Shown here piece by piece: positions 37,277 to 64,000 of a DNA stretch of 64,000 bases. A program made the position numbers and the translations under genes. Below the pieces are notes generated by a model. It saw only the letters and a list, made by a program, of their open reading frames with translations, did not search any database and was not told the origin of the DNA. The stretch's first letter is position 1; the number at the start of each line of letters is the position of its first letter. Origin of the DNA: Pecten maximus (lineage: Eukaryota); NCBI RefSeq assembly GCF_902652985.1, contig NC_047030.1, positions 23,808,001 through 23,872,000 of the forward strand, written 5' to 3'.

Positions 37277-37358
37277 TCATAACGCGCTAATGTGCGTTAT
37301 ACAATATGTCTACAATCCTGTGAAAATTAATTTCGAAAGACGGCAGTTTAATGCTTAA

Positions 37359-37716
37359 AGGGGCATTCCTTCGTTTGAATAAAGTTTAGGTCGTCAAAAT
37401 TAAACTCACTGGAAAATATGTATTTTTTCAAAGTAGTAAAAGTTATAATCTTTACATTAATAAGGCAGTTTTACTCTCAAGATAAACCAATGTTCTTCGA
37501 GTACTATTAAGTCCTGAAAATTCTTAATTCGACCCGAAGTATCACTAATTACCGCAAAGACACACGGTATTTGTATACGAGAGGCCTTTTTCGTGTACAT
37601 TTCGGCGTTAATCTAATAACATGTACGTAAAAACACTCATATAATCATCGTTCTGACATAGATTTCATCAATAGAAATTCTGCATGTTTCTGATGTCCGA
37701 ACGAAGGAATGTCCCT
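37359..37716. mobile_element. Kolobok-type MITE
   Basis: TTAA TSD on both sides; 17-bp TIR AGGG(G/A)CATTCCTTCGTT. Confidence 0.8.
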
Positions 37717-39209
37717 TTAAACAGACCTATTTTCAACTCTATTTTCTAAAATCTATACCGTATATTAAATTGTAGAGATAATTATTTTAGGTAGTTAAGC
37801 TTTATGTGCCAAATAAGGATATCACCCTTTAAATGTTTAGATAAGAACGTATCCGATGTCGGTTCATTGCACTAAGATACTAGTGTCTCGTGAAGCGTAG
37901 CGCAGTGCAGTCAACCGTGGGTCTCCGTCGATGATCATCCGGAACTCTTCGGGTTTTTTTTCAATATTTTTGAAAGAAAAAAAAACAAGGAGTTCCAGAT
38001 GCGTCGATGATCACCCATCAGTCAGCCGCATCTAGCTGCGGTTGCCTTTCTATTGGTACGTCCAAATATAAAACAATAATAAATATGTTATCATAAATAA
38101 TAATAATTTCACAACAGAAAACAGAAGTGCCGATGGGGTGAAATGAAATGACAATGAATGCATTTACTTTCTACGAGCACCTGGTACTACAAAAATGACA
38201 ACAGTCAATGGGAAGTAACTCCAATCGTGATTTTTGTCCGCTATTTGTCGATGAGCAACTCCAAACCATTCGGATTAAAATTGGCATATTGCATTAAGAA
38301 GACAACTTCCACATCTCACAAAGTAGCTACCAAGTCGTCACATTCAATAAGGACAAGACTATAAAGACTAACGAAGATTAAAAAAGACTATTGTTTAAAC
38401 TCAATTTTGAGCTTATTCAAACTCAAAATTGAGATTAAATAACAGTTCTGTATCGTTTCTTTTGCTTTTAATGATTTAGTATAAAGAAATCTTGACATGG
38501 CAAGACGACCGTTTTGAAGGAAAATTGTTCAACCGCTGACTTTGAAGAAAAATATTCATATTTCTGAAAAAGGACACAAGTTCCACAGTATAACTATTTG
38601 TTTTGAACACAAATACATTCAAAACAATGAGAAATATTTTTTTTATTTTTTCATTTTATTTTATTTTTTATTTGATAATCTGAATGACTTATTCTAATCA
38701 GTGAACAAGGAGAATATAAATCAATGGGATATTGTGAATTAGGAGACTAAGACCTTATGTTCGGGAAGAGTAAGCAAACTTTACTTCATCGTCGCCATAC
38801 AACAGATAAGGACAAGTAATTGTGTACAAAATAATTCGTAAATCAATACTGGAGCAGAAAATGGAGTCGGTAAAGGAGTAGTGGTTCACACCAAGCCTCT
38901 TCGATATAAAAATGTTAACAATTGTCACACTTTCTGAATCAATAGCCGAAGTGTGAGCAACTCTGTTTATTTCTCAAAAACATGAGTGTAGAACGTGACC
39001 CATTTCGTATTATATTTACAACGGGATCACACAAGTTAAATGTTTGTGACTGACTTTTTGAACGTTGTTATTGTTAAAAGAAGGTATTGTGAATATAAGT
39101 AGTAACCTTTTATCTTGTTTAGTTTATGAGATCATCAATAAAATTGAGCACAAGTTAAATACATAATGTAGTCTGTATCTGTATTGTTGACACATTTTAT
39201 CTTAAAACC

Positions 39210-40945
39210 GTGTACTTACAGACAAACGTAGAAAACCACGTATTTAAACTAAACGTAAAAAGCAACGTACTAAAATACAGACAAACGTAGAAACCCATAC
39301 ACTTACAGACAAACGTAGAAACCCATACACTTACAAACATAGAAACCAATATACTTACAAACATAGAAACCCATATACTTACAAACATAGAAACCCATAT
39401 ACTTACAAACATAGAAACCAATATACTTACAAACATAGAAATCCATATACTTACAAACATAGAAACCCATATACTTACAAACATAGAAACCAATATACTT
39501 ACAAACATAGAAACCCATATACTTACAAACATAGAAACCCATACACTTACAAACATAGAAACCAATATACTTACAAACATAGAAACCCATATACTTACAA
39601 ACATAGAAACCCATATACTTACAAACATAGAAACCAATATACTTACAAACATAGAAACCCATATACTTACAAACATAGAAACCCATATACTTACAAACAT
39701 AGAAACCAATATACTTACAAACATAGAAACCCATATGCTTACAAACATAGAAACCAATATACTTAAACATAGAAACCCATATACTTACAGAAAAACATAG
39801 AAAAGCATGTTCTTGCTTACAATTGTAGAAAATCATGTATTGCAGACAAATGTAGAAATCCGTGTGTTTACACACAAACATAGAGAACCACGTACTTAAA
39901 TACAAACGTAGAAAACCATGTATTAACTTATAGACAAACGTAGAAAACCATGTATTAACTTATAGACAAACGTAGAAAACCGTGTATTAACTTATAGACA
40001 AACGTAGAAAACCGTGTATTAACTTATAGACAAACGTAGAAAACCATGTATTAACTTATAGACAAACGTAGAAAACCATGTATTAACTTATAGACAAACG
40101 TAGAAAACCGTGTATTAACTTATAGACAAACGTAGAAAACCGTGTATTAACTTATAGACAAACGTAGAAAACCATGTATTAACTTATAGACAAACGTAGA
40201 AAACCATGTATTAACTTATAGACAAACGTAGGAAACCATGTATTAACTTATAGACAAACGTAGAAAACCATGTACTTACTTACAGACAAACGTAGAAAAC
40301 CATGTACTGACTTACAGACAAACGTAGAAAACCATGTACTGACTTACAGACAAACGTAGAAAACCATGTACTGACTTACAGACAAACGTAGAAAACCATG
40401 TACTAACTTACAGACAAACGTAGAAAACCATGTACTAACTTACAGACAAACGTAGAAAACCATGTACTGACTTACAGACAAACGTAGAAAACCATGTACT
40501 GACTTACAGACAAACGTAGAAAACCATGTACTTACTTATAGACAAACGTAGAAAACCATGTACTTACTTACAGACAAACGTAGAAAACCATGTACTAACT
40601 TATAGACAAACGTAGAAAACCATGTACTAACTTACAGACAAACGTAGAAAACCATGTATTAACTTATAGACAAACGTAGAAAATCATGTATTAACTTATA
40701 GACAAACGTAGAAAACCATGTATTAACTTATAGACAAACGTAGAAAACCATGTACTAACTTACAGACAAACGTAGAAAACTATGTACTTACTTACAGACA
40801 AACGTAGAAAACCATGTATTAACTTATAGACAAACGTAGAAAACCGTGTATTAACTTATAGACAAACGTAGAAAACTATGTACTAACTTACAGACAGACG
40901 TAGAAAAATCATGTGCTCACATACAAACGTAGAAGAGATGTACTT
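39210..40945. repeat. Compound minisatellite: 24-bp array (~39290-39790) then a related 32-bp array (~39905-40910)
   Basis: Units ACTTACAAACATAGAAACCCATAT and GTAGAAAACCATGTATTAACTTATAGACAAAC. Confidence 0.96.
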
Positions 40946-42614
40946 GGGTCACATGCAATGTATTAGAAATGGGTATTTATTCATTATCGCCCTAATGACG
41001 TCACAGAACCAGACCATCATATCACCAAACCCGGTACAACAGATGTAGCTTTGATTTAACTGAGCGTAATTATCAATCGTCATAATCTGGTGTTTCTTCC
41101 GATTACTGCAGACGACGAAGTGTTTAGCTTCCCATGTTTCCAGTCATCCAAAATAAGAAGCACAAGAACTGTGGATAGAGAACTAAATATCCCCAAGTCT
41201 TGCCCCTGTCTTCTCTGTGTTACCGGTAAGCAATTACGATTGGCTGGTATTTTATGGTAGCCATATATGATTGGACAAAACACTCATAATGAGCCCATTA
41301 TCATTTTTTTTTTCACCAGTGTGGGGGCAAATGGACAATAATTTCTGCAAGCACAAAAATAGATCAGTATACATATTTTTTTTTCTTTATTTTGATAATG
41401 TTGATGACTATCTAAAACGGGTGATATTTTCCCGAAAAACGAAAGAGAGAAAAAAACAAACCCTTTTTTTTATATAAAAATGTTTAAGGTAGGGGTGTCA
41501 ACCAACAGCGAAAGTGTCATTTACAAAAACTTTTCCATTGGGTGGACATTTTAATACACATATAGTATAAAAGTATGAGAAGGGTGTAAAAACAAAGTCC
41601 AGGAGCATTAAATTTTTAATTAGAGTGATTGTATATCATCCTTTTAATAAGCTCTTCTAAACTCTACAAAACTCTACAATAGTGATTTTATCGTATGAGA
41701 AGAGAATGAAAGACCATGTCCTTTTTTTTTTTTACACAAGATCTCTTCTGAATACTTTTATAATATTTTCAATGCAGGAATAATACCCTGCTAACGTCAA
41801 ATTGTTGTAAAATCATCCGTTTGAAGCAGCTAGAGTGTGGAGCCCTAATGAGCTGCGGATATGTATTTTTTTTTTTTTTTTTAATTTCAATTTGTAATTA
41901 CACGAGTTGTAATTGTACAATTTGTAAAGGCACGAGTTGTCAACGGAATGAAGACAAATAGATGGCGTGGAACACTGGATCATGTAGCTGGAAAGGAATT
42001 AATTTTTATAATGTATAAATATTTTTGATCACATAAAATAAAGCATTTTCATCATTTGTACGCGCGTCCTTCTCGTAAACGAGTAAATCACTCCGTTATG
42101 ATTGTGTTAAACGTTAACGAATTGATAATATTCTTAGGTTTTGCTGGCACATTGACACAGTGGGCTATCAACAAGATTTCTTCTATACAAAAAAAATTCT
42201 AGTGGGATACAATCCATGCTCAATCTAGTATGACGTAACTGACCCAGTCTGGTACCGCTATTGTAATAGAACAGTAACGTTTGAATTTTATAGACAGTTT
42301 TGCGTATTTAAGGCGAGATTTAAGCTATCAAAATGAAGGGCCATTCTTAACAGATTCTGGGAAGTATTCCAAGTTATGATTTACTATAATATAGGGTCGT
42401 ATCAGAAACAGATTGGCAAAAATTACTTCCAGTACGAGTATCGTTTATGGTAAGTACGGTTGGGTTAAAGTAGAACATTTAGAATACTCCAGGTAATAAG
42501 GCTATGGACCATTTAGTGGAAAAAAAGGAGAAGCAGAAGATGCTTATCCTTACGGAACATCTGGTATTATTCTCGCTGTACTTTTTTCATGGGTCTCCAA
42601 GCAAATCTTTTTGT

Positions 42615-42870
42615 TCGTATTTTGCCCACGTGTTGCCCTCGTATTTTCCCTCATGTTGTCCTCGAGTTACCCACGTGTTTGCCTTCGTGTTACCCTCGTA
42701 TTTTGTCTTCGTGTTACCCTCGTGTGTTGCCTTCGTGTTGCCCTCATGTTTTGCCTCCGTGTTACCCTCGTATTTTGTTTTCGTGTTGCCCTCTTGTTTT
42801 GCCCTCGTGTTGCCCTCGTGTCTTGCCTTCGTGTTGCCCTCGTATATTTTCCTCGTGTTGCCCTCGTTTA
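42615..42870. repeat. Degenerate 24-bp (2x12) minisatellite (CTCGTGTTGCC-like)
   Basis: Visible periodicity; ORFs on both strands are 8-aa periodic. Confidence 0.9.
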
Positions 42871-44279
42871 TCATTTATAACTATAATTACGGTTTCGTTT
42901 GCACGTCGGTATTGTTTTCGTGTAGTCTGCATCTTCGTCGCTTGAGGGAAACCGGCCTGTTTCAACCCTGCTTGTATATCTGTAATGACTACCCTTTAAC
43001 ATTTCAATAGCTGTGTATTTCACTGAATTAATCTACATTGATACTGAATCATCGTGTACAAATGGCATTTGGGAAATCAGAAAAATAAGAACTGAACAGT
43101 CATAACAAAATGTTGATTTTTAACTTTCAATGCGTGTATTTAAAATATTCCAAAGCAATGCAAACAAATATGAACAGATATGTCCACAAATGCGGGAACA
43201 TTGTGCCTATCTTATTATGTGGAAATGTCCGTTACTGCTGGTTATTATATAATAATATTCTATAAAGATTGCAATCTGTTTCAATTGTGTATCAAAATTG
43301 AATACATAACATTTATGGGGAAAAATTATATACGCAAGAGAATAGGGATTCAAAATGTAAAATACTTGGATTTGACATATCTACGAACGCACATTGCAAT
43401 CTACATCGTAGTTGAGAGGTACAATGTCTGTCCATCCTTAATTCTTCGAAGTTCTTGATTATAACCTATAATGAATATATTAAATGTATTAATGATGCGA
43501 GTCGAATAGATTTCGTACATACGGACACTACTACTTGTGCAATAAGATTATTTGAACTAAAATATATAAAAAAAAATCTGTCAATGCTTCACAAATGACA
43601 ATTTGTATGATTGAATTATCGTATTCCCTGGAGATGAAGCTAAATCTGTTTACATTAAATCTACCAAATTTACATAACCTTGTAGATAATTCTATAAACC
43701 TATTGAATGCTGCCTCATCTAAATGAATTAAAACACGAATGGTCGCTCAGAATTTCCGTTTTGGTAATATTGTAAACTGTAACGGGAGTTTTCACTGTAT
43801 GTACACGAACTTATGCAACCAATAAAATTCCTCCATCAACCTGGCTTTGAATTGCTTATTTTAATTACTATAAATACATTGATTGTTCCATTTCGTAGTC
43901 ATGTATTATAACTGCTGTAACAAATTAAACAATGGAAATAAATATATATGTGAATATATTCATGATTAGTTCCATGCTCGCTGATATAAAATAACACTTC
44001 GTGGTTGATAGCTTCTTGTAGCCTTTCCGTCGCCTCAGCCTCTGAATACATAAGCAGCCAGTTTTTATTAGGGTTGTCTCCCTTGGAGCACCTTCCAGAT
44101 AATTATTGCTGTCTGTCAATTGTGACAGTTTTTGCTTTCCATGTAGGACTTGGAAGCATAAAAGTCATTTTACTAAAACGAATAAAGTTATCTATATTTG
44201 CAAATTCCTACCTGACACGACGTACACTAATAAGTACGTGTTCGCAGCCGTTTTCACAACCCGGCTGAAATGCTAATGA

Positions 44280-44723
44280 GGATGTCGTCAGAGAATGACA
44301 TACGCATGCGTACTGACGTTAACTATCACAGTCTACGGGGTTTCTCATACTGATTCAGGGAGACCGCACCCCATCACAGGAAAAGGGAAACTGATTAATG
44401 CCGGCCAGAGAACTGTGATTTCGGGAGCCTGTATGACCGAATAGTGGGAGTTTTCGGACCCCCTTTTTATATATTGATGTAAGTATTATCACGTAAGATA
44501 TAATCGGCATATGTATGGAATTAATCGTTTGGGAAATTCGCCGATTTAGCTGTCTACCAAACAATAGACGAGCTGTTAGCTCAGCGCCATTTCCGTCTGT
44601 CAGATCAGTGTTTACGTTGTGTACACCCAGACCCATGTCCTATTTTATATTTCATCGACGTGAAACAAGTCCTCGATTGATGCGTATCGCCGATTGCATG
44701 TAAAATAACGAAGGAATTGGATG
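44280..44723 (+). promoter_or_regulatory. Putative promoter / non-coding first exon region of the G-beta gene
   Basis: Locally CpG-richer; palindrome TACGCATGCGTA (NRF1-like) at 44301-44312; YY1-like GCGCCATTT at ~44584; possible donor G|GTAAC at 44723. The ATG exon is preceded by an acceptor at 46471, implying an upstream UTR exon. Confidence 0.4.
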
Positions 44724-46497
44724 GTAACCCTATTTCTACATCGTTGTACTACGGTTTGAATGGCCCATTCAATATTGTACTTTGTTTACCTCACAGTACA
44801 ATGTATCTTTTTGACAACTTTGTTGCAATAAACGTTGAATTATCTTTATAATCAATTACAGCAACAAAATATGCAGTCGTTTATGGATTCCCGTTATGTT
44901 TGGAAAAATATTCTGAGGATGCTAAGATGCAGACGGTGGCTGAGCATGAATTTTGTGAAAGCAGCCATTTTCAAAGATGGCGATCATGCATAAATTCTGC
45001 ATAATTACATATGAAATCCATATTGGCCAGGGTTTGTAATATTTCGTGTTGCCATCATGAGAATCCTGTACTATTATGGGTGTGGTTTGAAAAACAGGAT
45101 TACATCTTCCGTGTGACAGATTCATCTGGATGTAAATGATCACTGATGAATTAGGGCATTTGGGAAAACAGCTAAATACACGAGCTGAAATATTGATCAT
45201 AATTGATTAGGTTGGTCTGGCTCCGAGGCCTTTGTGAAGAAATGCGTGTTGTGTGTAAGTCTCATGATATCCAGCAATTGATTAAATATTAACTAGATAG
45301 CATCAGAAAGTTGTGACGAAAATGAAGGAAATGGCGAACCAATTTTAATCTACATGTATCCCATCTACATTGATCATAATGTGCCAATGTCTCATCATCT
45401 TTATGTAATTTTCCCCATTTGGTTCTATGTTAATTTGCATTTATATGCTTAATATTCATGAATTCTTTTTTTCAACCAGGTTTTACATTTTAAAAAATCG
45501 CAGCCTCTATGAGAATTACTGTATTTCTGTTTATTATGACCCTGTCACCCTCCATTTACATCAAAAAGAATATGTGTTATCTGCTGTTACTGTTGTGTAT
45601 ATGACTCGGGTAAAATGACAAATCTCATCCATGGCACGGGGAAATATGAAAGTCTTAATCCCGAAATCTCGTGCTTGAACTGTTATAATGACAATCCAAA
45701 TTATATTGACTTTATTATATCTGTACACCAAAATTGGCACCAAATAAGAGTTTCCATTTGTCCACATGTGTCTCCGATCGAACAAATTTATTCAGTACAA
45801 AATGCACACATTTTTTCTGATCATCATGGCAGTCTCTATGAGGATTTAAAGGACACAACAGGAGGGCAGTTTAGCCTTCTGGGGTAATTTATATTTCAGA
45901 GGAATACATGCTTGTTGCGAATTGGCAGAGGAATCATTCAGACAACATTGTCAGGGCTAGAACAAGAATGTAGTGGATTTAAGTTACATCTAGATTAAAT
46001 TAAGTAGAGGTACATGTATGTTGAAACTGCTGTGTAATATGTTGGTACATCCATCCAGTTATAAAACATTTGGATGTCATATCTGGAAACCCCTACTTAT
46101 TGCTTTAGTTTCATGTTACACCTGATCAGATTTTGGTAGTCGCTGGTCGAGTTGAGTGTAAAAGACCACATTAAGTGAATCCAGGTATCTCTTTGCATTG
46201 TAAGCTGTAGGCCTATCCCTTTTGTTGACATGTAACATTCTTGCTGCATGAATTTTACCCCTGATGTTATTTCCACAGGCTTCAAAGTTGAAAATTAACA
46301 TTTTACAATATATTCAACACGTCCCCAAAAAACTGAATCGGGGAATCTTCAACTTGTCACAGACAGATCCTTGTAATATGTTTCGGTGATATTATAATTA
46401 TTATGTAATAAACATGTTAAATGTAACGTTTGTGAAACAACATTAATGTATCTTATTCTTTTACATTTCAGATTTTTTTCTTTTTTAAAAAATAATC

Positions 46498-60323
<13,826 letters not shown>

Positions 60324-63300
60324 GCCAAGTATTAGTTAGCCCATCTGAGGGGAAATATACAAGACTTATTATTTATATCTTAAAACTGATGTGCCCGTGT
60401 TATATGGGGGAAAGTAACAATGTATTCACGCGCATTATGGAACTATTGTTTTAACAGCTGCGAGAATAAACTTGTGGTTATTTTTTTTTTTTTTTTTGAT
60501 TAAACAAAAATTGTGGATGTGAACTTTTCCACGGGACATAATGGATATTTTTATGGGATGGATCAATTGAAGTGGAAAGTGTTATGAACAGTTGACACTT
60601 GGTGTGAAGAGCCCACAGGGCACGAAGTGCAAGAAAGGTGCCGTTAAATGGTATATGTGCATTTATTGGTGGGCTTTTCTTACCGGCAACTGAGGACAAG
60701 CATTTGTTACACAAACAAATGTCAATTCAAAGAACTGGAAAACTACTACCTTCAAAACTAGGTAAAGAAAACTATACATCAGAATATATCACAGCACATG
60801 ACATCTATTGGCTTTCTTGGAAGAAAGATCTTGTGTATAAATAATTATTACAATATATTCCTTGTCTGTGTGTTACAGCAGGGGGACCATTTCATCTAAA
60901 AATGGGCCCACTAAATCTCCACCCCCTTATAACTGATCAGTGACAGAGGGTCTGCCTACATGTCCCGCCACATGTAACCCGACCTTGCATATGTCCTGGA
61001 TCGTTCTAGCGCTTAGGTGACTGCGAGTGAGGAACAGCTAAGACACATGTGGATTATGATTGTGATTTTGTTTTAAAACATTTCATGTTCAATCATGCAA
61101 GTGCTCATTGATTATGAAGACTGCATCTAAATGATGATTGCTTTCTACTATAAATGTTGAAGTCTCAAGAAATTTCTCCCCCCAAAAAAAGAAAATATTT
61201 TAATTCAAAGTATATTAGAATTTTGTTCAAGTGTTCGTTTATATAATACGGAAATCAAATGTAAAGATATTTCTTTTCTTCTGGAAAGGATTGGAATTGT
61301 AGCTTCTTAACTTGGATAATATAACTTGAAGGTGATATGGGTAGGGTGGGCCTTATGTATGTATGATGAACTTGTTGATGCATGATATTTATGTTTATGT
61401 AGATACGAATGTATTTCATTATAAACTAGTATTGTCTTCTATTTCGAAGGTTTTAGTGCAATGAAAATTGAAAAGATCAACATCAAAAGACATGAGTCTG
61501 TCAATGTTTCTTTTCTAAATTTCCTTTTCCTTCCCCATTTTGTATAAAAACTTGATGTTTTCACTTCTCAGCTTTGACATGGTCTGACACGATGATGTAC
61601 ATATATAGCAGTGACATCCAAAGCTGTCCTTATTTAAATAATCTGCCTTTTATAATGAAGTGCTGTCTGTTAAAGATCAAACAGCTGAATTAAGGAATAA
61701 TTAATGAAAACATTGCTGTCACAAAGGGAAAAAAATGAAATCTCCATACAGTCGATTGGGTTGAAGAGAAAACATCTGTAAGGTATTTGGACCGGATATG
61801 AAAGCTATGTGGCCTTGCTTACTGTTTGTACGTGTTTGTAGGTCCTTGAATTTGCTTGCACTTCAATTTTAACAAAATTTGCGTTATTTTGAAAATGGAC
61901 TTAAGAAGACTGTTTGGAACCTTGTAAATCGATGTATGCAGATTGTATATTTGCCTGTTTCGTATAACCAAATGTTCAGCAATTCCTCACAGGAAATCAT
62001 TCTGAACTGAGGTCTGATTTAACTGTAATTTTGAGCAAATGTTAACAAACCTACCATGCCAACAAAGTATATGGGGCTAAAAAAAAAACATTAAAAAATT
62101 AAATGTGTTCTGAAATGTATGATATATTCAATTGTACTCTATGGATATGCATGTTGCACCTATGGATTTGGGTGCGTGTCTTGTTTCCATTTTTTTTTTT
62201 TTTTTTATTATGAGTTGCGTTGTCTTTTCAAATATGGCAAAAATGAATGAGAGAAAACGCATATCTCTTTTGTGTAACTCAACCGTATCGGGACCCTGAT
62301 ACACTATAGTAATATATGTTAAGCTCGGCATGGAAAATGAGTGAGAATGAATGGTTGTGCGAGTGTTTGCATTTTATGGTGTATTAACTGGTGAAGCGAA
62401 AGCAATCTTGACCCTTGACCCCAATGGGTCAGTCTGATGCTTGTGTATGATTATTTACAACCCAGATTTTGGTCTTCAAGATTAATAGGTCGGTCAATCT
62501 TAGTCCCTTGAATGTTTGTATTGCAACATGTGCAAATGTAACCTTTTATTTTCTTGTGACAGATGTGTGTGAACTGATGCATGTTGAAACGTAGATGTAG
62601 ATATATACTTTCATCCTAAGGATTTCCAAATGTTTCTTCTTACAAAACAAATCTCTAGACCAAAAGTTACTGAAATCATATACAAACATCACATCTCTTC
62701 AAGATAATTCATTTCATGTAAGATTCCATAGTATATACACTATACATAGAGAGCTTAGGTTGATGTGAATTTTTGAGTCTTATCTCATTTTGTTTTTATA
62801 TATAATGTTTTGTTGTTTTTTTCCTAAAATAAATCCAGAACCAGAGTACAAAACTTCAGATCAAATTTCCATCAATAATCAAGCTAATCTCATTACTAAA
62901 AAAATGCAGTCTTTTCTTATTCACTGTGAAAGTTCCTTGGATGACCTATTCCTTGGAAGACCTTTTTATGTAATGGTGAATAGAATTTTTATTTATTTAA
63001 AAGAAAAATGCCTAGAAACTCTCAATAGCTGATGGCAATGCCTGTCATTCCCAAGACCACAAGTAGACACACCACACAAAATGTGGAGACAGTTGCCTTG
63101 CTCCAGTAATCAAGTGTTCTCCGACTTCCTTGTCTGTAGTCAATATTCATTCTACAGGAAGTAGTCCTGTTGAAAATCAAAGCAAATAATAAACTTGTTG
63201 GAATTGATATTTCCGGTGACTTTAGATTTGAACAACTTTGACAAAGCAAGGTCTAACAAGAGAAGATTACTGGAATAAGTTAGGTCAGTACAGACGTTGG

Positions 63301-63478
63301 ACAGTTGTGTGGGGTGGACAGGCAGGCCCCTTTCTCCTAGTGTAAACGTGATGTGTGCTAGATATATCTCACCATCCGCATCAGTGTGTCTATTTGAACT
63401 AGTCCTACACATTAATTATGAATATTATATTGTGAAAATTATCTGTCAGTGTCAGTGTAACTGTATTTTTCATTTGTC

Positions 63479-63484
63479 AATAAA
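63479..63484 (+). terminator. Candidate distal polyadenylation signal of G-beta
   Basis: AATAAA followed by a T/GT-rich tract after ~3.1 kb of repeat-poor sequence. A proximal AATAAA also lies at ~60465. Confidence 0.35.
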
Positions 63485-64000
63485 GCTTTTTTGTCATTAA
63501 TGATCCGGTTTATCTTCTCATTGATGCATGGGCGAGTGTTAAGTGTTAGGGTTTTAATAAACATGGATGAATGCTTTTAGTATTTTTTTTCCCTATATGT
63601 GACAGTTTTTCTCCCCAATATGTCACAGAGGTAATTTATTTGTTTTTCAAATACAGCTACATGTATTTCATTATTTTGAGATTTGACATTCATCCATGTC
63701 GATATTCAGATAATCTAGGTGTTATTTGGACTATCCCGAAGATTCATGGTGTGACAAGAGATCAATATTTCAAAGGTTACATTTCTTGGGCTTTTAAAGA
63801 TATATCATGTGTATATCAGGATGAAAATGGAATGAGGGGCCATGCCCACATGTCCTTAAACTTAAAATATTTGGAGAATAATTTCTTATTAGTGACCCCA
63901 CCAATTTGGTCAATTAAATTTGACGAAATATCAATGTGATATTTAAAAAACAAGCTTTTTAAAATCTACTCTAAGCAGACTTATATGTGATTCAGTAGGA

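Noticed and set aside
39197-39905. Long ORFs of 186 and 200 aa, and similar ORFs at 257, 1483-1901, 10965, 29743, 42504-43010 and 51384
   Set aside because: Translations of tandem repeats, open in several frames, with no splice context.

Overview
AT-rich, intron-containing animal DNA; the SINE and MITE content points to a mollusc, probably a bivalve (inference). It has two assembly gaps (11751-11879, 32075-32380). I assembled four + strand genes by hand from GT-AG sites with consistent phases. (1) An intact 11-exon, 477-aa SLC1/EAAT-family transporter (1181-13138) that keeps the acidic amino acid binding residues but lacks the main Na+-site residues: NMDG reads SRSG and the TM8 Asp is Gln. 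(2) A two-domain beta/gamma-crystallin gene (17669-22142) with vertebrate beta-crystallin-like one-exon-per-Greek-key structure, Ca2+-binding signatures and a 1-nt frameshift in the last exon. (3) A secreted, probably GPI-anchored C-type lectin (28319-35215). (4) A 340-aa G-protein beta subunit (46498-60323). Mobile DNA includes V-type and CORE-type tRNA SINEs (one nested in the other), a MADF-carrying non-autonomous Harbinger, an IS3EU-like foldback, Kolobok- and mariner-type MITEs, HINE/pearl-like elements and many minisatellites. The two most striking observations are the remodelled SLC1 ion-coupling core and three tiny palindromic insertions (44, 73, 117 bp). These share CAATC...GATTG ends and 9-bp target-site duplications, and one breaks a probable exon. 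All calls are by eye; no searches were run.
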